Of a stretch of 64,000 nt of DNA, positions 1 through 10,754 are shown piece after piece. The notes under the pieces were generated by a model, which searched no databases, was not told where the DNA came from, and saw only the letters and a list, made by a program, of their open reading frames with translations. The position numbers were made by a program, and so were the translations under genes. Source of the stretch: Thermodesulfobacteriota bacterium (GTDB taxonomy: Bacteria > Desulfobacterota_D > UBA1144 > Nemesobacterales > UBA2774). Location: contig OZ244991.1 of the NCBI GenBank assembly GCA_965223335.1, forward strand, positions 1,024,001 to 1,088,000, given 5' to 3'. Position 1 is the first letter of the stretch. Every line of letters begins with the position of its first letter.

Positions 1-2
1 TC

Positions 3-623
3 GTGGGAGGCAATCTCAGCAAATCACCCTGTCTATTTATAGACGTTACGGTTCTAGGCGAGATTGAGCCCCAGCATATAGTAAAACGCCTGGGAGCTAA
101 AACAGGTGATGAAATATATGCAAGCGGCACGCTCGGCGACTCTGCACTCGGGTTACGAATGCTTTTAGAGAACGGGGAAAGAGATGAGTATCTGGTCGAG
201 CGCTATACCAAACCCAATCCACGCGTCGAGTTAGGTCATATGTTGGCAACTCGCCATATCCCTACTGCCATGATAGACCTAAGCGACGGCCTTCTATTGG
301 ATCTCGAACGCCTCACGGTTAATAACGGTTTAGGTGCTGAAATTAATCTAAATTCCATCCCGCTATCCCCCGAGTATAAAACACACATAGATAAATACTC
401 CGACACCACATACGGCCCTGCAATCTCGGGGGGCGAGGACTACGAACTGCTCTTTGCGGCCCCCTCCGACAGGAGTCGTGATATCGAGGCCATTTCAGCC
501 GACCTTGGAATTGGGATCACTCACATTGGGCACGTGACAGATGGAAACGAGTTGAGTGTTTTAGACCTAAGCGGCAACAAAATCGACACGGACATAAAGG
601 GTTATGTCCACGCAACCGGATAA
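3..623 (+). CDS. thiL: Thiamine-monophosphate kinase (5'-truncated by window edge)
   Basis: Motifs GGN, SGTLGDSALG, AMIDLSDGL, GGEDYELLF. Confidence 0.93.
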   Translation: MGGNLSKSPCLFIDVTVLGEIEPQHIVKRLGAKTGDEIYASGTLGDSALGLRMLLENGERDEYLVERYTKPNPRVELGHMLATRHIPTAMIDLSDGLLLDLERLTVNNGLGAEINLNSIPLSPEYKTHIDKYSDTTYGPAISGGEDYELLFAAPSDRSRDIEAISADLGIGITHIGHVTDGNELSVLDLSGNKIDTDIKGYVHATG

Positions 624-1967
624 ATGGAAAATTTTACATTTACATACAACCTGCTGCTGATTGTCTTGTTGCTTCTTCTGTCAGGATTCTTTTGTCTGGC
701 AGAGGGATCTTTGTTTTCACTCGGCCGCCCACAGCTCGAGTATCTTAAGAAGAAGAACAGAAAAAGCTCTCAACTTATAGAGAAACTCTTAATAGAACCC
801 TACAAACTGATCATCACAATACTATTTGCCGATGAGGTTGTGAACATCGCTTACTCGAGTGTAATCGGTCTAACTGTTAAAGGCCTGCTTGACACGTTCT
901 CAGACGAGACGGTCACAATACTTTCCATTGCCATTGCATCACCCAGCCTCCTTTTACTGGGTGAGATCGGCCCCAAGACACTGGGTGTTAAATATCCCCG
1001 TATATTTGCCCGTGTGGTCTCCTACCCCTTACACTTTTTCCATGTTTTGATCACGCCGATCCGCTGGGTAATAATGGTCCTCTCAGGCGGGTTCACAAGG
1101 ATTCTAGGTGGGAAAATCGAGTATGAGCAAACAGCCAAGCTCTCTGCAGAAGAGGTAAAGGCGTTGGTGGGGATAGGCAGCGAAGAGGGGGTTATTACGG
1201 ATATAGAGAAAAAGCTAGTCGGCAGCCTGTTTAAGCTCGAGGAGGTCCCGGCCCACCGCATAATGGTCCCAAGCATCGAGTGTTTTCTCCTCTCCGATAC
1301 AACCACACCCAAAGACGCTTTGTATGCAGTGAAAAAGAGAGGGTTCTCGCGCACCCCCGTATACCATCGCGACAAGGATAATATTGTGGGCATACTCTAC
1401 GCCAAGGATCTGCTTAACTCCCAGCTCTCGGAATACTCTTCCATAAAAGAACTACTCAAACCCCCTTATTTTATTCCCCGTACCAAGATGGCGTTTGATC
1501 TGCTAAAGGAGTTCCAGCAGCACCGCCGCCATATATCGATAGTGGTGGATGAGTACGGACGTGTTGACGGCCTGGTAACAATGGAGGATATACTCGAGGA
1601 ACTCTTTGGTGAGATAGAGGACGAGCGTCGGGTGATCAAGAAATCCGAGGTCCGCTGGGAGGACGAGGCATTAATCATCCCCGGCAGCATGAAGATCGAT
1701 GAATTTAATAGCACCTATCTGTTTACGGTGCTTAGGTCAGGCGGGCTGGAAAACCTGGGCCGGGATCTCGAGGAGTCGGTTTTACCCTCCGAGGAAGACC
1801 ACGAGACGGTTGCGGGTTTCATATTCGACCTATTCGGCCGGTTCCCCACAGAGGGCGAAACGGTGTCCTACGGCAGCTTGGAGTTCTATGTAAACGGTGT
1901 GTCGGGTAAACGCATCACAGAGATCAAAATACAGAGGTACGAAAGAGAGGTAGCAGATGTCGCTTGA
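624..1967 (+). CDS. CNNM/hemolysin-family protein (DUF21 transmembrane + CBS pair + CorC_HlyC)
   Basis: LSGFF..AE, GEIGPK, VDEYG..DGLVTMEDILEELFGEIEDE. Confidence 0.9.
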   Translation: MENFTFTYNLLLIVLLLLLSGFFCLAEGSLFSLGRPQLEYLKKKNRKSSQLIEKLLIEPYKLIITILFADEVVNIAYSSVIGLTVKGLLDTFSDETVTILSIAIASPSLLLLGEIGPKTLGVKYPRIFARVVSYPLHFFHVLITPIRWVIMVLSGGFTRILGGKIEYEQTAKLSAEEVKALVGIGSEEGVITDIEKKLVGSLFKLEEVPAHRIMVPSIECFLLSDTTTPKDALYAVKKRGFSRTPVYHRDKDNIVGILYAKDLLNSQLSEYSSIKELLKPPYFIPRTKMAFDLLKEFQQHRRHISIVVDEYGRVDGLVTMEDILEELFGEIEDERRVIKKSEVRWEDEALIIPGSMKIDEFNSTYLFTVLRSGGLENLGRDLEESVLPSEEDHETVAGFIFDLFGRFPTEGETVSYGSLEFYVNGVSGKRITEIKIQRYEREVADVA

Positions 1968-3192
1968 GGTAGTAATTGCAATCATTTTAATATCGCTTGC
2001 GCTCCAGGCATTTTTTGCCGGGTCCGAGATCGCTCTAATATCGTGCGATAAGGTCAAGATGCGCGCGTTAGCCGAGGGGGGCTCAAATAGCGCCAAACTG
2101 GTGCTGAGCGCATTCGGTCAGGTAGAGCGTTTTTTGAGTACGAGCCTCTTGGGCATAAACCTCTCGCTTATCACAAGCACCATCGTCCTTACTTTTTATA
2201 TTCAAGAGAAATACGGCACCGGAAGCGAGCTCTACACGGTGCTTATCCTTAGCCCGCTTATAATTATCTTTGGTCAGGTCGTACCCAAGTCCGTGTTCCA
2301 GAAAAAGCGCAACACCATAATTCTCTGGGCAATCTACCCGCTTTGGATTGCTTCCAAGATCTTCACCCCAATCCTCGTGTTTGTGGATATTTTTACCAAG
2401 AAACTACTCACTCTCATAGGGAGCACGGAAAACACTTTTATCACCAGGGAAGAGCTTATAGATGTCATAGAGGGTGACAAGAGTAAACCTACCTATGACT
2501 ATAAGGAACGAATTATTAAACGAATATTCAGGTTCTCTGAAACTTCGGTTGATGAGATAATGATCCCACTTATTCATGTGAGTGCACTTAGTGAAGACGC
2601 CCCGGTTAAAGAGGCCATCAAGATGATAAAGGACACAGGCCACTCACGCATCCCGATTTTCTCTGAGCGCGTGGACAACATTACCGGCATGCTGCATTCG
2701 TTTTATCTCCTGGGGGCCGATGAACACAGCACTGTAAAACAGTATGCTAAGACACCGTTTTATGTCCCCGAGTCAAAACCCGTCGACGAATTGCTCGACG
2801 AGATGAAAGAGGGCAAGGCGGGGATGGCTGTAGTGGTAGACGAGTACGGAGGGGCCGTGGGTGCTATCACGCTTGAGGATATATTAGAGGAGGTCGTAGG
2901 AGAGATTGAGGACGAGTACGACAAGGGCACAAAACTCTGGAGGAAAAAGAGCGAGGGCGAGTACTTGGTGAATCCCAAGATCGAGATAGATATGATAAAC
3001 GACGACCTAGGTCTAGATATACCCGAGAGCGACGACTACGAAACACTGGGGGGATTTTTATTGACCGAGATGGGCTCAATTCCTAAGATCGGCGATAAAA
3101 CCAAACACAAAAATATAACATTTACAATTACCAAGGCTACAACCCGCTCGATTGACGAGGTAAAATTAAGGACTTCTAAAAAGAAAAAATAG
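1957..3192 (+). CDS. Second CNNM/hemolysin-family protein (DUF21 + CBS + CorC_HlyC)
   Basis: AFFAGSEIAL, GHSRIP, VDEYGG..ITLEDILEEVVGEIEDEYD; overlaps upstream paralog by 11 nt. Confidence 0.9.
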   Translation: MSLEVVIAIILISLALQAFFAGSEIALISCDKVKMRALAEGGSNSAKLVLSAFGQVERFLSTSLLGINLSLITSTIVLTFYIQEKYGTGSELYTVLILSPLIIIFGQVVPKSVFQKKRNTIILWAIYPLWIASKIFTPILVFVDIFTKKLLTLIGSTENTFITREELIDVIEGDKSKPTYDYKERIIKRIFRFSETSVDEIMIPLIHVSALSEDAPVKEAIKMIKDTGHSRIPIFSERVDNITGMLHSFYLLGADEHSTVKQYAKTPFYVPESKPVDELLDEMKEGKAGMAVVVDEYGGAVGAITLEDILEEVVGEIEDEYDKGTKLWRKKSEGEYLVNPKIEIDMINDDLGLDIPESDDYETLGGFLLTEMGSIPKIGDKTKHKNITFTITKATTRSIDEVKLRTSKKKK

Positions 3193-3233
3193 TCTGCAAT
3201 CTATCCTATTAACCAGAATGATTTTTCTTGGTT

Positions 3234-3662
3234 TTAGTGTGCATCGTTTAAAAAATCTATAATCTCCCTTTCTTTTTCCCTCATCCGTTCCCGCTCACTT
3301 TTCTTTTTATGATCGTATCCCAGCAGGTGCAAAATTCCGTGAACCAACAGTTGTTTAATCTCCTGCTCGAGTGTTAAGTCGTAGTGCTCCGAGTGGCGAG
3401 TGGCAGTGTCAAGTGAGATCACTATATCGCCCAAAAGTTTTAGCCCAGGGTCCTGCGGGAAAGACAGTACATCTGTGGTTTTGTTTATACCTCTATAATC
3501 GGAGTTTAGTCTTCTCATTTCGCTATCGTCTGTGAACAGCACCGATAGCTCCATATCGCTGGGTTGGCCCAGCTTGCGCAGCACGAGCCTTATACTCTTT
3601 TTTATGTTTTGTATTTGAGGTTTGTCTAATCGAGCGGTCGAGTCCGCCACTATCACAGGCAC
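3234..3662 (-). CDS. ybeY: rRNA maturation endoribonuclease YbeY
   Basis: TDVLSFP, LGDIVIS, HGILHLLGYDH. Confidence 0.95.
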   Translation of the reverse strand: MPVIVADSTARLDKPQIQNIKKSIRLVLRKLGQPSDMELSVLFTDDSEMRRLNSDYRGINKTTDVLSFPQDPGLKLLGDIVISLDTATRHSEHYDLTLEQEIKQLLVHGILHLLGYDHKKKSERERMREKEREIIDFLNDAH

Positions 3663-3765
3663 ATTACTATTTTACTCGCAGTTATGCTGCTCACAAATTT
3701 GCGCTTCACAATGAGTGTTGTTGGATAGTGCACTAAATTCAGATAAGATTCTTATCCGAACCACC

Positions 3766-4356
3766 ATGGCCAATAGAACTGCTAAGTACAATAGGAAAAC
3801 TACCGAGGTCAACGTATCTGTCGAGATCAATCTCGACGGCCGGGGGGATTTCGATATTAATACTGGGATCCCGTTTTTCGATCATATGTTGGCCCAGTTT
3901 GCTAAGCACGGCTATTTCGACCTCACCATAAATGCTGTTGGCGATATAGACATTGATTTCCACCACACGGTAGAGGACGTGGGCATAGCACTCGGCGAAG
4001 CAATTCTCGAGGCTCTCGGAGATAAAAAGGGTATTACCAGGTTCGGTGAGGCGTTTGTACCTTTCGACGAGGCGCTGGCACTTGTGTGTATAGATCTAAG
4101 CGGCCGGCCGCACTTCGTTTATAACGCCGAGTTCCCCAAGGGCAAGGTAGGTGAGTTCGACGTCGAGCTCAGTGAAGAGTTTTTCAAGTCTTTCACCAAT
4201 GCACTAAGGTGTAATCTGCATATCGATCTTAGGTACGGGGACAACATGCACCACAACATAGAGGCGATATTCAAGGCCATGGGCAGGGCGCTTGATAAGG
4301 CCACTATGGTTGACCCCCGATCCAATACCATTCCATCCACCAAAGGAAAGCTCTAG
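3766..4356 (+). CDS. hisB: Imidazoleglycerol-phosphate dehydratase
   Basis: FFDHML, DFHHTVED, NMHHNIEAIFKA, PSTKG; ATG at 3766 preferred over GTG at 3715. Confidence 0.96.
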   Translation: MANRTAKYNRKTTEVNVSVEINLDGRGDFDINTGIPFFDHMLAQFAKHGYFDLTINAVGDIDIDFHHTVEDVGIALGEAILEALGDKKGITRFGEAFVPFDEALALVCIDLSGRPHFVYNAEFPKGKVGEFDVELSEEFFKSFTNALRCNLHIDLRYGDNMHHNIEAIFKAMGRALDKATMVDPRSNTIPSTKGKL

Positions 4357-4359
4357 AGT

Positions 4360-4998
4360 ATGATAGTCATAGTTGACTACGGCATGGGCAATCTAAGGAG
4401 TGTATCCAAGGCGTTCCAGAGCCAGGGTTTTAATGTAGAGGTAACAAATGACAGCAGCAGAATACTCGGGGCCTCGGGCCTTGTGCTCCCCGGGGTCGGT
4501 GCGTTTGGGGATTGTGTGAAGCACTTAGACGAGCTCAACCTCACCCGACCGATAAAGGAGTATATTGCCTCCGAAAGACCGTTTTTGGGGATATGCCTCG
4601 GGCTTCAGGTGCTGTTCGAGGGCAGCGATGAATCCCCCGACACTCGGGGACTCGGGATATTTAAGGGTCATGTAAAAAGATTTCCCGATTTTAAGGCCCA
4701 GGGGCTTAAGGTTCCACACATGGGATGGAACACCGTCACCATGAAACGAGATGTGCCGATACTAGACGGCATACCCGAAGACAGCTGGTTCTATTTTGTC
4801 CACTCCTTCTACATTGAGCCGGCCGATCAGAAGCTTGGAGTAGTGAGCTGCACCTATGGTATTGAGTTCACCGCAGCTATACAAAAAGATAATCTATTCG
4901 CTTGTCAGTTCCACCCCGAGAAGAGCAGCGAGCTCGGGCTTAGGATTCTAAGGAACTTTGCGTCTTTGTGCGGCGAAAAAATCACAGCCACCGCCTAA
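4360..4998 (+). CDS. hisH: Imidazole glycerol phosphate synthase glutaminase subunit
   Basis: DYGMGNL, PGVGAF, GICLGLQ, QFHPEKS. Confidence 0.96.
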   Translation: MIVIVDYGMGNLRSVSKAFQSQGFNVEVTNDSSRILGASGLVLPGVGAFGDCVKHLDELNLTRPIKEYIASERPFLGICLGLQVLFEGSDESPDTRGLGIFKGHVKRFPDFKAQGLKVPHMGWNTVTMKRDVPILDGIPEDSWFYFVHSFYIEPADQKLGVVSCTYGIEFTAAIQKDNLFACQFHPEKSSELGLRILRNFASLCGEKITATA

Positions 4999-7055
4999 TT
5001 TATCTGCTCTATATCTTTTGATGCTGGGTCTACATACCCACCCGCGTTCGCTCCGTATATAGCTTTATAAGCCCCATAGCTCCTGAGTATTCTTCTAATA
5101 TAGTTTCTTGTCTCGCGAAACGGTATCTCTTCTATGAACTCGTCTTTGGGCAGCCCGTAAAACCTGGCCTTCCATTTAGCAGCCCTGTGGGGCCCGGCAT
5201 TATAGCTCGCCAGCGCCAGCTCTACATCACCCCCAAACTCATCCATGACCTGCTTCAGGTAAAAAATACCCATCTGAATATTCACCTTTGGAATTGTGAG
5301 CATCTCGGTACTAAAGTTGCTCATTCCGATCTGCCTCGCCACTGCCCTTGCCGTGGGAGGTATCAACTGCATTAAACCCACGGCGTTCGCAGGTGACCTC
5401 ACCTCTTTTTGGAACCTGCTTTCCTCCCTTATTACAGAGTATACAAGCAGCTCGTCAACACCATACTGACGGGCATAGGTGCTGACAATGTCTTGGTATC
5501 CCTTCGGGAACGACAGGCTGTTGGCATTCGGAAGCCCGATACCCTGTGCTATCTTGATTGAGTTATAGAAGTCATCCACTTGCGCATAGAGCAGACTCAC
5601 CGTCAGGTTGTCATCGGTTGTTTGCGCTTCCTCCTGCATCTTCTCGATCTCTACATTGGCGTCCTCAAGCATACCGAGCTGGATCAACAGGTCGGCTTTT
5701 TGTTTTCGAGTGCTGGTGGCGGAGCTCGTAGACAAGAGCTCTGGCCTGGCACGGGGATAATTAGGAGCAATGCCCGTTTTCTTCTGAGCCATATAGGAAT
5801 GGTAGGTCGGGGTACTGGACATTGCCAGGTCTCTATACACTGCGTTTGCCTCCTGTGTGTTGCCTTGCTTTTCCAGCGTGCGCGCCTTCCAGTACTTTGC
5901 GTTAGAGGAGTTATAGGAAGAGGTAGACTCGGTAAACGCCGAGAAAGTGCCGTGTGCCTCCCTCAACATCCCCCTCTTGTAATAGATCATACCCAGATTC
6001 CAGGCCCCGTCTTCGGCGTACTCGTTGCGTGGGTACTGGCGGATCAATTCATCATATAAATTGATAGCTTTTTGCGTGTTGTTATTTATCTGGTAGAGCC
6101 TGGCCGCGTTGTACATACCCTCGGGGGCAAGCGGGCTTTGTGGATAGAGCAGGTGGATTTTATAGTAGGTATTTGAAGCCTCGGTGTCGAGCCCCTGCTT
6201 ACTCATTACCTTGGCCTGCCAAAATATCGATTTTGGTGAGTTTACGGTGCGCAGCACGCTGAGAGCTTCGTTTAACCGGCCCGAGTTCACCATTGCTATT
6301 CCCATATTGGTAGTGGTTTCAGCAGATTTTGCAGGTACGTTTTGGTAGCTTGTCACAGCCTGGCCCCAAACTGCTTTTTTAAATAGATTATCCCCGCGTT
6401 TTAGGTAATCCTGCGAGGTTATCTGGAGTGGCAGGCCATGCATCTCGCTTAAAAGTTTTGCCTTTTCAATTGCCTCCTTTGCAGGCTTTGTGTATCCGTA
6501 CTCGACCCATACTCTTTTGTATATGTCTATTGCGCTAGTGTAGTTACCCATCTTCTCGTAGGTCTCGCCCAGGTTAAATAATATATTTGTTTTCTTTTTT
6601 GCTTTTACTTCGTCTGCGTAGAGTGATTTGTATATCGATATTGCATTGGTGTAGTCCCCGTTCTGCGTGTATATGTTTCCCAGACGCTCTAGTGTTTTTC
6701 TTTTGAGCGCGGTGTCGGGATACTCGGTCAACACACGGTTAAATGCGGCACTGGCTTTAGCCCAGTCCCCCAGGTTTTCATAGCCAGCGGCCTTATAGTA
6801 GAGCACATAGTCCGCCAGGATTGGTATGTTTTGCTCAAGTCCGTTTAGTGTGCTTGCACCCTGGCCAAACTGTCCTAGCTTCACAAGGCAATAGCCCACC
6901 TTGAACCTATCATTCGGGTTATTCGTTTGAGTTCTGTATATCTCGCTCTGGCAGTTAATACGAGCTTCAGAGTGTTCAACGGATAAAATTATGGAAACGA
7001 GTCCGACAAACAAACATATAGTAGTTCTTAATGATAGACATGATGCGAATTTCAT
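4995..7055 (-). CDS. slt: Soluble lytic murein transglycosylase (Slt70-like) with TPR repeats
   Basis: Signal peptide, TPR-like repeats, C-terminal IREESRF, AVGLMQL, ASYNAG, ETRNY. Confidence 0.88.
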   Translation of the reverse strand: MKFASCLSLRTTICLFVGLVSIILSVEHSEARINCQSEIYRTQTNNPNDRFKVGYCLVKLGQFGQGASTLNGLEQNIPILADYVLYYKAAGYENLGDWAKASAAFNRVLTEYPDTALKRKTLERLGNIYTQNGDYTNAISIYKSLYADEVKAKKKTNILFNLGETYEKMGNYTSAIDIYKRVWVEYGYTKPAKEAIEKAKLLSEMHGLPLQITSQDYLKRGDNLFKKAVWGQAVTSYQNVPAKSAETTTNMGIAMVNSGRLNEALSVLRTVNSPKSIFWQAKVMSKQGLDTEASNTYYKIHLLYPQSPLAPEGMYNAARLYQINNNTQKAINLYDELIRQYPRNEYAEDGAWNLGMIYYKRGMLREAHGTFSAFTESTSSYNSSNAKYWKARTLEKQGNTQEANAVYRDLAMSSTPTYHSYMAQKKTGIAPNYPRARPELLSTSSATSTRKQKADLLIQLGMLEDANVEIEKMQEEAQTTDDNLTVSLLYAQVDDFYNSIKIAQGIGLPNANSLSFPKGYQDIVSTYARQYGVDELLVYSVIREESRFQKEVRSPANAVGLMQLIPPTARAVARQIGMSNFSTEMLTIPKVNIQMGIFYLKQVMDEFGGDVELALASYNAGPHRAAKWKARFYGLPKDEFIEEIPFRETRNYIRRILRSYGAYKAIYGANAGGYVDPASKDIEQIN

Positions 7056-7056
7056 A

Positions 7057-7872
7057 CTATAGCCTCCCTTGTCTCTGAGGGTCCAATGCGTCCCTTAACC
7101 CCTCACCAAATAGATTAAATGAAAAAGCTGTAATGAATATAGCTAAACTTGGGAAAACAATAAGATGGGGAAATGTTCTCATTCCCTGCCACCCAGTGCT
7201 CGCAAGCGTTCCCCAGCTCGATTCCGGCGGTGCAATACCCAGTCCTAAAAAGCTCAGTGTGGACTCTGCGAGTATCGCATAGGGCACGGAAAAAGTAAGT
7301 GTAATTATAATGGGGCTAAGTATGTTGGGGATAATATGCACGCCAAGAACTCTATAAGGCGATGCGCCCAACCCTTTAGCGGATTGTACATATTCAGCGT
7401 CTTTAAGCTGTAGAACACTCCCTCGTACAATTCGCGCTACCCTCATCCAAGCGGTTAACCCCAGTGCCAGTACAATACCCAACACCCCCCTCCCGATTAC
7501 GAGTGTTATGAGCACTATAAGCAAGAGATCGGGCAAAGAATAAAACACATCCACTATACGCATCATAAGCTCATCGGGCTTCCCACCCAAGTATCCCGAT
7601 ACTGCACCGTAAACTGTACCGATCAAGAGTGCTATGAGTGCAGTCCCCAATGCTACGGCAATAGATACCCTGGATCCGTAAATCACCCTGCTCAGCAGAT
7701 CTCTGCCCTCTTGGTCGGTGCCCATCAGGTTTTTGCTCGTAGGTGTGCTCAGAGTGTTGGAAAAATCGGTTTTATCATACTCATACGGTGCTATAATAGG
7801 GGCCGCAACGGCTATTAAAATTATGCATATTATGATAATCGATGTAGCGATGAGTTGGATTTTCAGTATCAA
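7057..7872 (-). CDS. Oligopeptide/dipeptide ABC transporter permease (OppC/DppC-like)
   Basis: GTDQEGRDLLSRVIYG, EAA-like YVQSAKGLGAS, LSFLGLG, GEGLRDALDP. Confidence 0.9.
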   Translation of the reverse strand: MILKIQLIATSIIIICIILIAVAAPIIAPYEYDKTDFSNTLSTPTSKNLMGTDQEGRDLLSRVIYGSRVSIAVALGTALIALLIGTVYGAVSGYLGGKPDELMMRIVDVFYSLPDLLLIVLITLVIGRGVLGIVLALGLTAWMRVARIVRGSVLQLKDAEYVQSAKGLGASPYRVLGVHIIPNILSPIIITLTFSVPYAILAESTLSFLGLGIAPPESSWGTLASTGWQGMRTFPHLIVFPSLAIFITAFSFNLFGEGLRDALDPQRQGRL

Positions 7873-7952
7873 TGTTATTCTATTTCAACTGCATATATTG
7901 TTATAAAGTTGTCGATACAGATTAAAAACTCAAGATACTTATTCCTAAACGC

Positions 7953-8330
7953 TCAAAACCCTGCCTTTCCCTCTTGGTCTTTGTAATAAGTAGCTGATAC
8001 TACGGTTTTGATTCCGCCCCTGACATTAAAGTCGCCCTTTACCTGGGCTCTAATCGGTTTCGAGACCTCTACGATATCATCCAGTATTTTGTTGGTCACG
8101 TGCTCGTGAAACTCCCCCTTGTCCCTATACGAGTACATATATAGTTTTAGGGATTTAAGCTCGATGCACAGGATATCCGGTACGTAAGTTATGTGTATAG
8201 TGGCAAAATCGGGCTGGCCGGTTTTGGGGCATACACATGTAAATTCAGGGCAGCTTATAGCGATCTCATACTCCCTGCCGGGGTACTGGTTCTCAAAAGT
8301 TTCTAGGATTTCGGTCTGTGAATCGCCCAT
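7953..8330 (-). CDS. queF: preQ0 reductase (type 1)
   Basis: [32 protein letters not shown]. Confidence 0.95.
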   Translation of the reverse strand: MGDSQTEILETFENQYPGREYEIAISCPEFTCVCPKTGQPDFATIHITYVPDILCIELKSLKLYMYSYRDKGEFHEHVTNKILDDIVEVSKPIRAQVKGDFNVRGGIKTVVSATYYKDQEGKAGF

Positions 8331-8489
8331 GGTTTAGTATAAAAGTGTAACCATTAAACTCATGGTAGACTAGGGAAACATTGGACGAAAATTAAGAATT
8401 TGCGCTACTCAATCAATAAAATAGACAAATGTGTTAGGCAGTTGAACTTGACTGCACAGGGTTTATTATAAATACTAAAATCCTTCTTC

Positions 8490-8560
8490 TGGGGCATAGT
8501 ATAATGGCAGTACGACGGACTCTGGATCCGTAAGTCTAGGTTCGAATCCTAGTGCCCCAG
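8490..8560 (+). tRNA. tRNA-Gln (CTG)
   Basis: Acceptor stem TGGGGCA/TGCCCCA, anticodon arm ACGGA-CTCTGGA-TCCGT, GGTTCGAATCC T-loop; followed by CAA, so CCA is not encoded. Confidence 0.95.
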
Positions 8561-8704
8561 CAAATAATCTTTCATTAATTTTTCAACTCGAAATCACGCT
8601 TACGTTCTAGACACTTCACTGAAATTTGTTATCTGTTTTTACTAAGATTAGTAAATTAAAACAATCTTGATTATTGTTTACATCAATTAGAGGGGAATAA
8701 TACC

Positions 8705-9364
8705 ATGAAGAAGCTTATTCTTTTGTTGTTTGTAGGTTTATTATTCGCGATTGCCTTTATTTCTTGCTCCGATAGCGAAGCAGAGCATGTGAGACCACCA
8801 GCCCCAGTGCCGCAGACAGGTCAGACAATGTGCTGGGACTCTAATGGGAACATGATTAATTGCGGCGGTACAGGACAGGACGGTGACATACAGGCGGGGG
8901 TGATGCTACCCAGCCCACGGTTCACTTCCAATGGAGACGGGACGATCAAAGATAATCTGACCGGACTCAATTGGTTAAAGGACGGTAACTGCCCTAACGG
9001 AACTAGGACCTGGGACCAAGCATTCACCGACATATTAGAACTCAACAGCTCTCAAACTATGAATGGGAGGCTCTGTGATGACTACACCGCTAATTTCAAC
9101 GACTGGCGATTGCCCAACGTACGGGAACTTCAGAGTTTGATCAATTATGAATATTTCAACCCCGCACTATCCAACGCGGCGGGTATGGCCCAGTGGACAG
9201 AGGGCGATGCATTCACTGACATACAGTTATCAGGCTACTGGACATCTAATACGGGTGCCGGCGACTCAACCCTCGCAGGATTCGTCGATTTCGCAAGTGG
9301 CGGAGTGTCGGGCCTAGGTAAGCTCAACAGCTTATTTGTGATCGCGGTGCGTGGCGGCTTGTGA
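8705..9364 (+). CDS. DUF1566 (Lcl C-terminal-like) lipoprotein
   Basis: Lipobox FISC, PQTGQT.C, RFT.NGDGTI.DNLTGL.W, DWRLPNVRELQSL. Confidence 0.85.
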   Translation: MKKLILLLFVGLLFAIAFISCSDSEAEHVRPPAPVPQTGQTMCWDSNGNMINCGGTGQDGDIQAGVMLPSPRFTSNGDGTIKDNLTGLNWLKDGNCPNGTRTWDQAFTDILELNSSQTMNGRLCDDYTANFNDWRLPNVRELQSLINYEYFNPALSNAAGMAQWTEGDAFTDIQLSGYWTSNTGAGDSTLAGFVDFASGGVSGLGKLNSLFVIAVRGGL

Positions 9365-9474
9365 GTGTTTATTTGATAATTTTTCCTGAGCATCTTTTGT
9401 CAAACTTAGAGTAATTTGGAAAGAATATAAATGTAGAATGACTGTACCGCTTGCTGTTAAGAATTTTTAAGATC

Positions 9475-10497
9475 TTAAACAGCTACTACCCTTCTCCTCA
9501 TAATAAGTACCCCTACTATTCCCAATAGTACCGCCATAGCTATTACACTCCATTCCGATAGCGTAGGTATGTTAATAGGTAAATTTACTGCATTTATTAT
9601 CACATCATCCATAATTAATTCTGTAGCGAGTCCACGTGTCCAGCCTGTTGTCGTAGAATCAAAGTGTCCCCAGTTAATGAAGGAAACCTCCATTTCAGGA
9701 CCGGTGGCTACGAATTCCAATGTGTATATGTGAAAATCATCAGTGCCAAACACGTGGGGTGCACCCGGAGGTTCAGCAGAATTACCGGCAGGAACGGCAA
9801 GATATAATGTGTCATACCCTTCTAGTACAACACCCATAATACCGTCACCAGCGGTCAATCCATTAGATGACGTTGCAAAGTCTTCATTTCCCCATTCTCC
9901 TGAAACCCAAAAACTTATTCTATATACCCCACTTGGTATAAGGCCAGTGACAGTCTGTGTAATCGTTACACCCGTCCCGAAACCAACACCGGGAAGAATT
10001 GTGGGCGGGGAACTAAAAACAACTTCTCCGTTAGGCATAAATTGCGGGGTTTCGGAAATTTCTCTTGGGGTTTGATTACCTAAATAAATAGATCTTTCAC
10101 CGTGTATTTGAGTAGATGACCACGCTTGCCCCGCCACAGGCACATTAAACGCCGGCAATGCATTAAAGTTATTGCCCCACCTCGCATAGGTATCCGGGCC
10201 TCCACCTGACGTCGTCCATCCATCGGGCAAAGCAAATGGTGTCAAAATAGTTCCTGTTGAAATGTAGTAATACCCGTCTCCATCTACACCTGGCAATAAA
10301 CCGCCGAAATCATTACCATTATCCAGGTGAGGCTCCTCAAAGCTACCATTGATTACCAGGTTGCTATTACGGCTAAGTGGTTCGGCGCCTGTGATTATTG
10401 TTGGGGTAGCAGCTTTAACTATTGCTGAGTTACAGAAAAAAATTATCAAAGTTATCGATATACCAAATTTTATAGCGTTGTACATTTGCGTATCCAA
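9475..10497 (-). CDS. IPTL-CTERM sorted surface protein with a possible carbohydrate-binding jelly-roll (DUF642-like) region
   Basis: Signal peptide, NLVINGSFEEP, C-terminal IPTLSEW + transmembrane helix + RRR. Confidence 0.85.
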   Translation of the reverse strand: MDTQMYNAIKFGISITLIIFFCNSAIVKAATPTIITGAEPLSRNSNLVINGSFEEPHLDNGNDFGGLLPGVDGDGYYYISTGTILTPFALPDGWTTSGGGPDTYARWGNNFNALPAFNVPVAGQAWSSTQIHGERSIYLGNQTPREISETPQFMPNGEVVFSSPPTILPGVGFGTGVTITQTVTGLIPSGVYRISFWVSGEWGNEDFATSSNGLTAGDGIMGVVLEGYDTLYLAVPAGNSAEPPGAPHVFGTDDFHIYTLEFVATGPEMEVSFINWGHFDSTTTGWTRGLATELIMDDVIINAVNLPINIPTLSEWSVIAMAVLLGIVGVLIMRRRVVAV

Positions 10498-10692
10498 TAT
10501 TTTTTAGCCGAGAGGTCTTAAAGCAATACATTGTAATGTATACAACATATATGCAATTAGAAACTTAATGTATATTACTTAATCTGGGAGTTATGAGCAA
10601 CTACATTTAAGAGTAGGTCTAAATCTCGTCAGGTTAAGAGAATTTACACAACTTAAGTATAACGATGATTATCCTAGAATTTTAAATCTGAT

Positions 10693-10727
10693 AAAAAAAG
10701 GAGCAATGACCCGAAGCCACTGCTCCT
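10693..10727 (-). terminator. Intrinsic terminator
   Basis: Minus strand AGGAGCAGTGGC-TTCG-GGTCATTGCTCCT followed by a T run. Confidence 0.85.
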
Positions 10728-10754
10728 CCTTTAATCTATTTTAAGCTAAATCAC

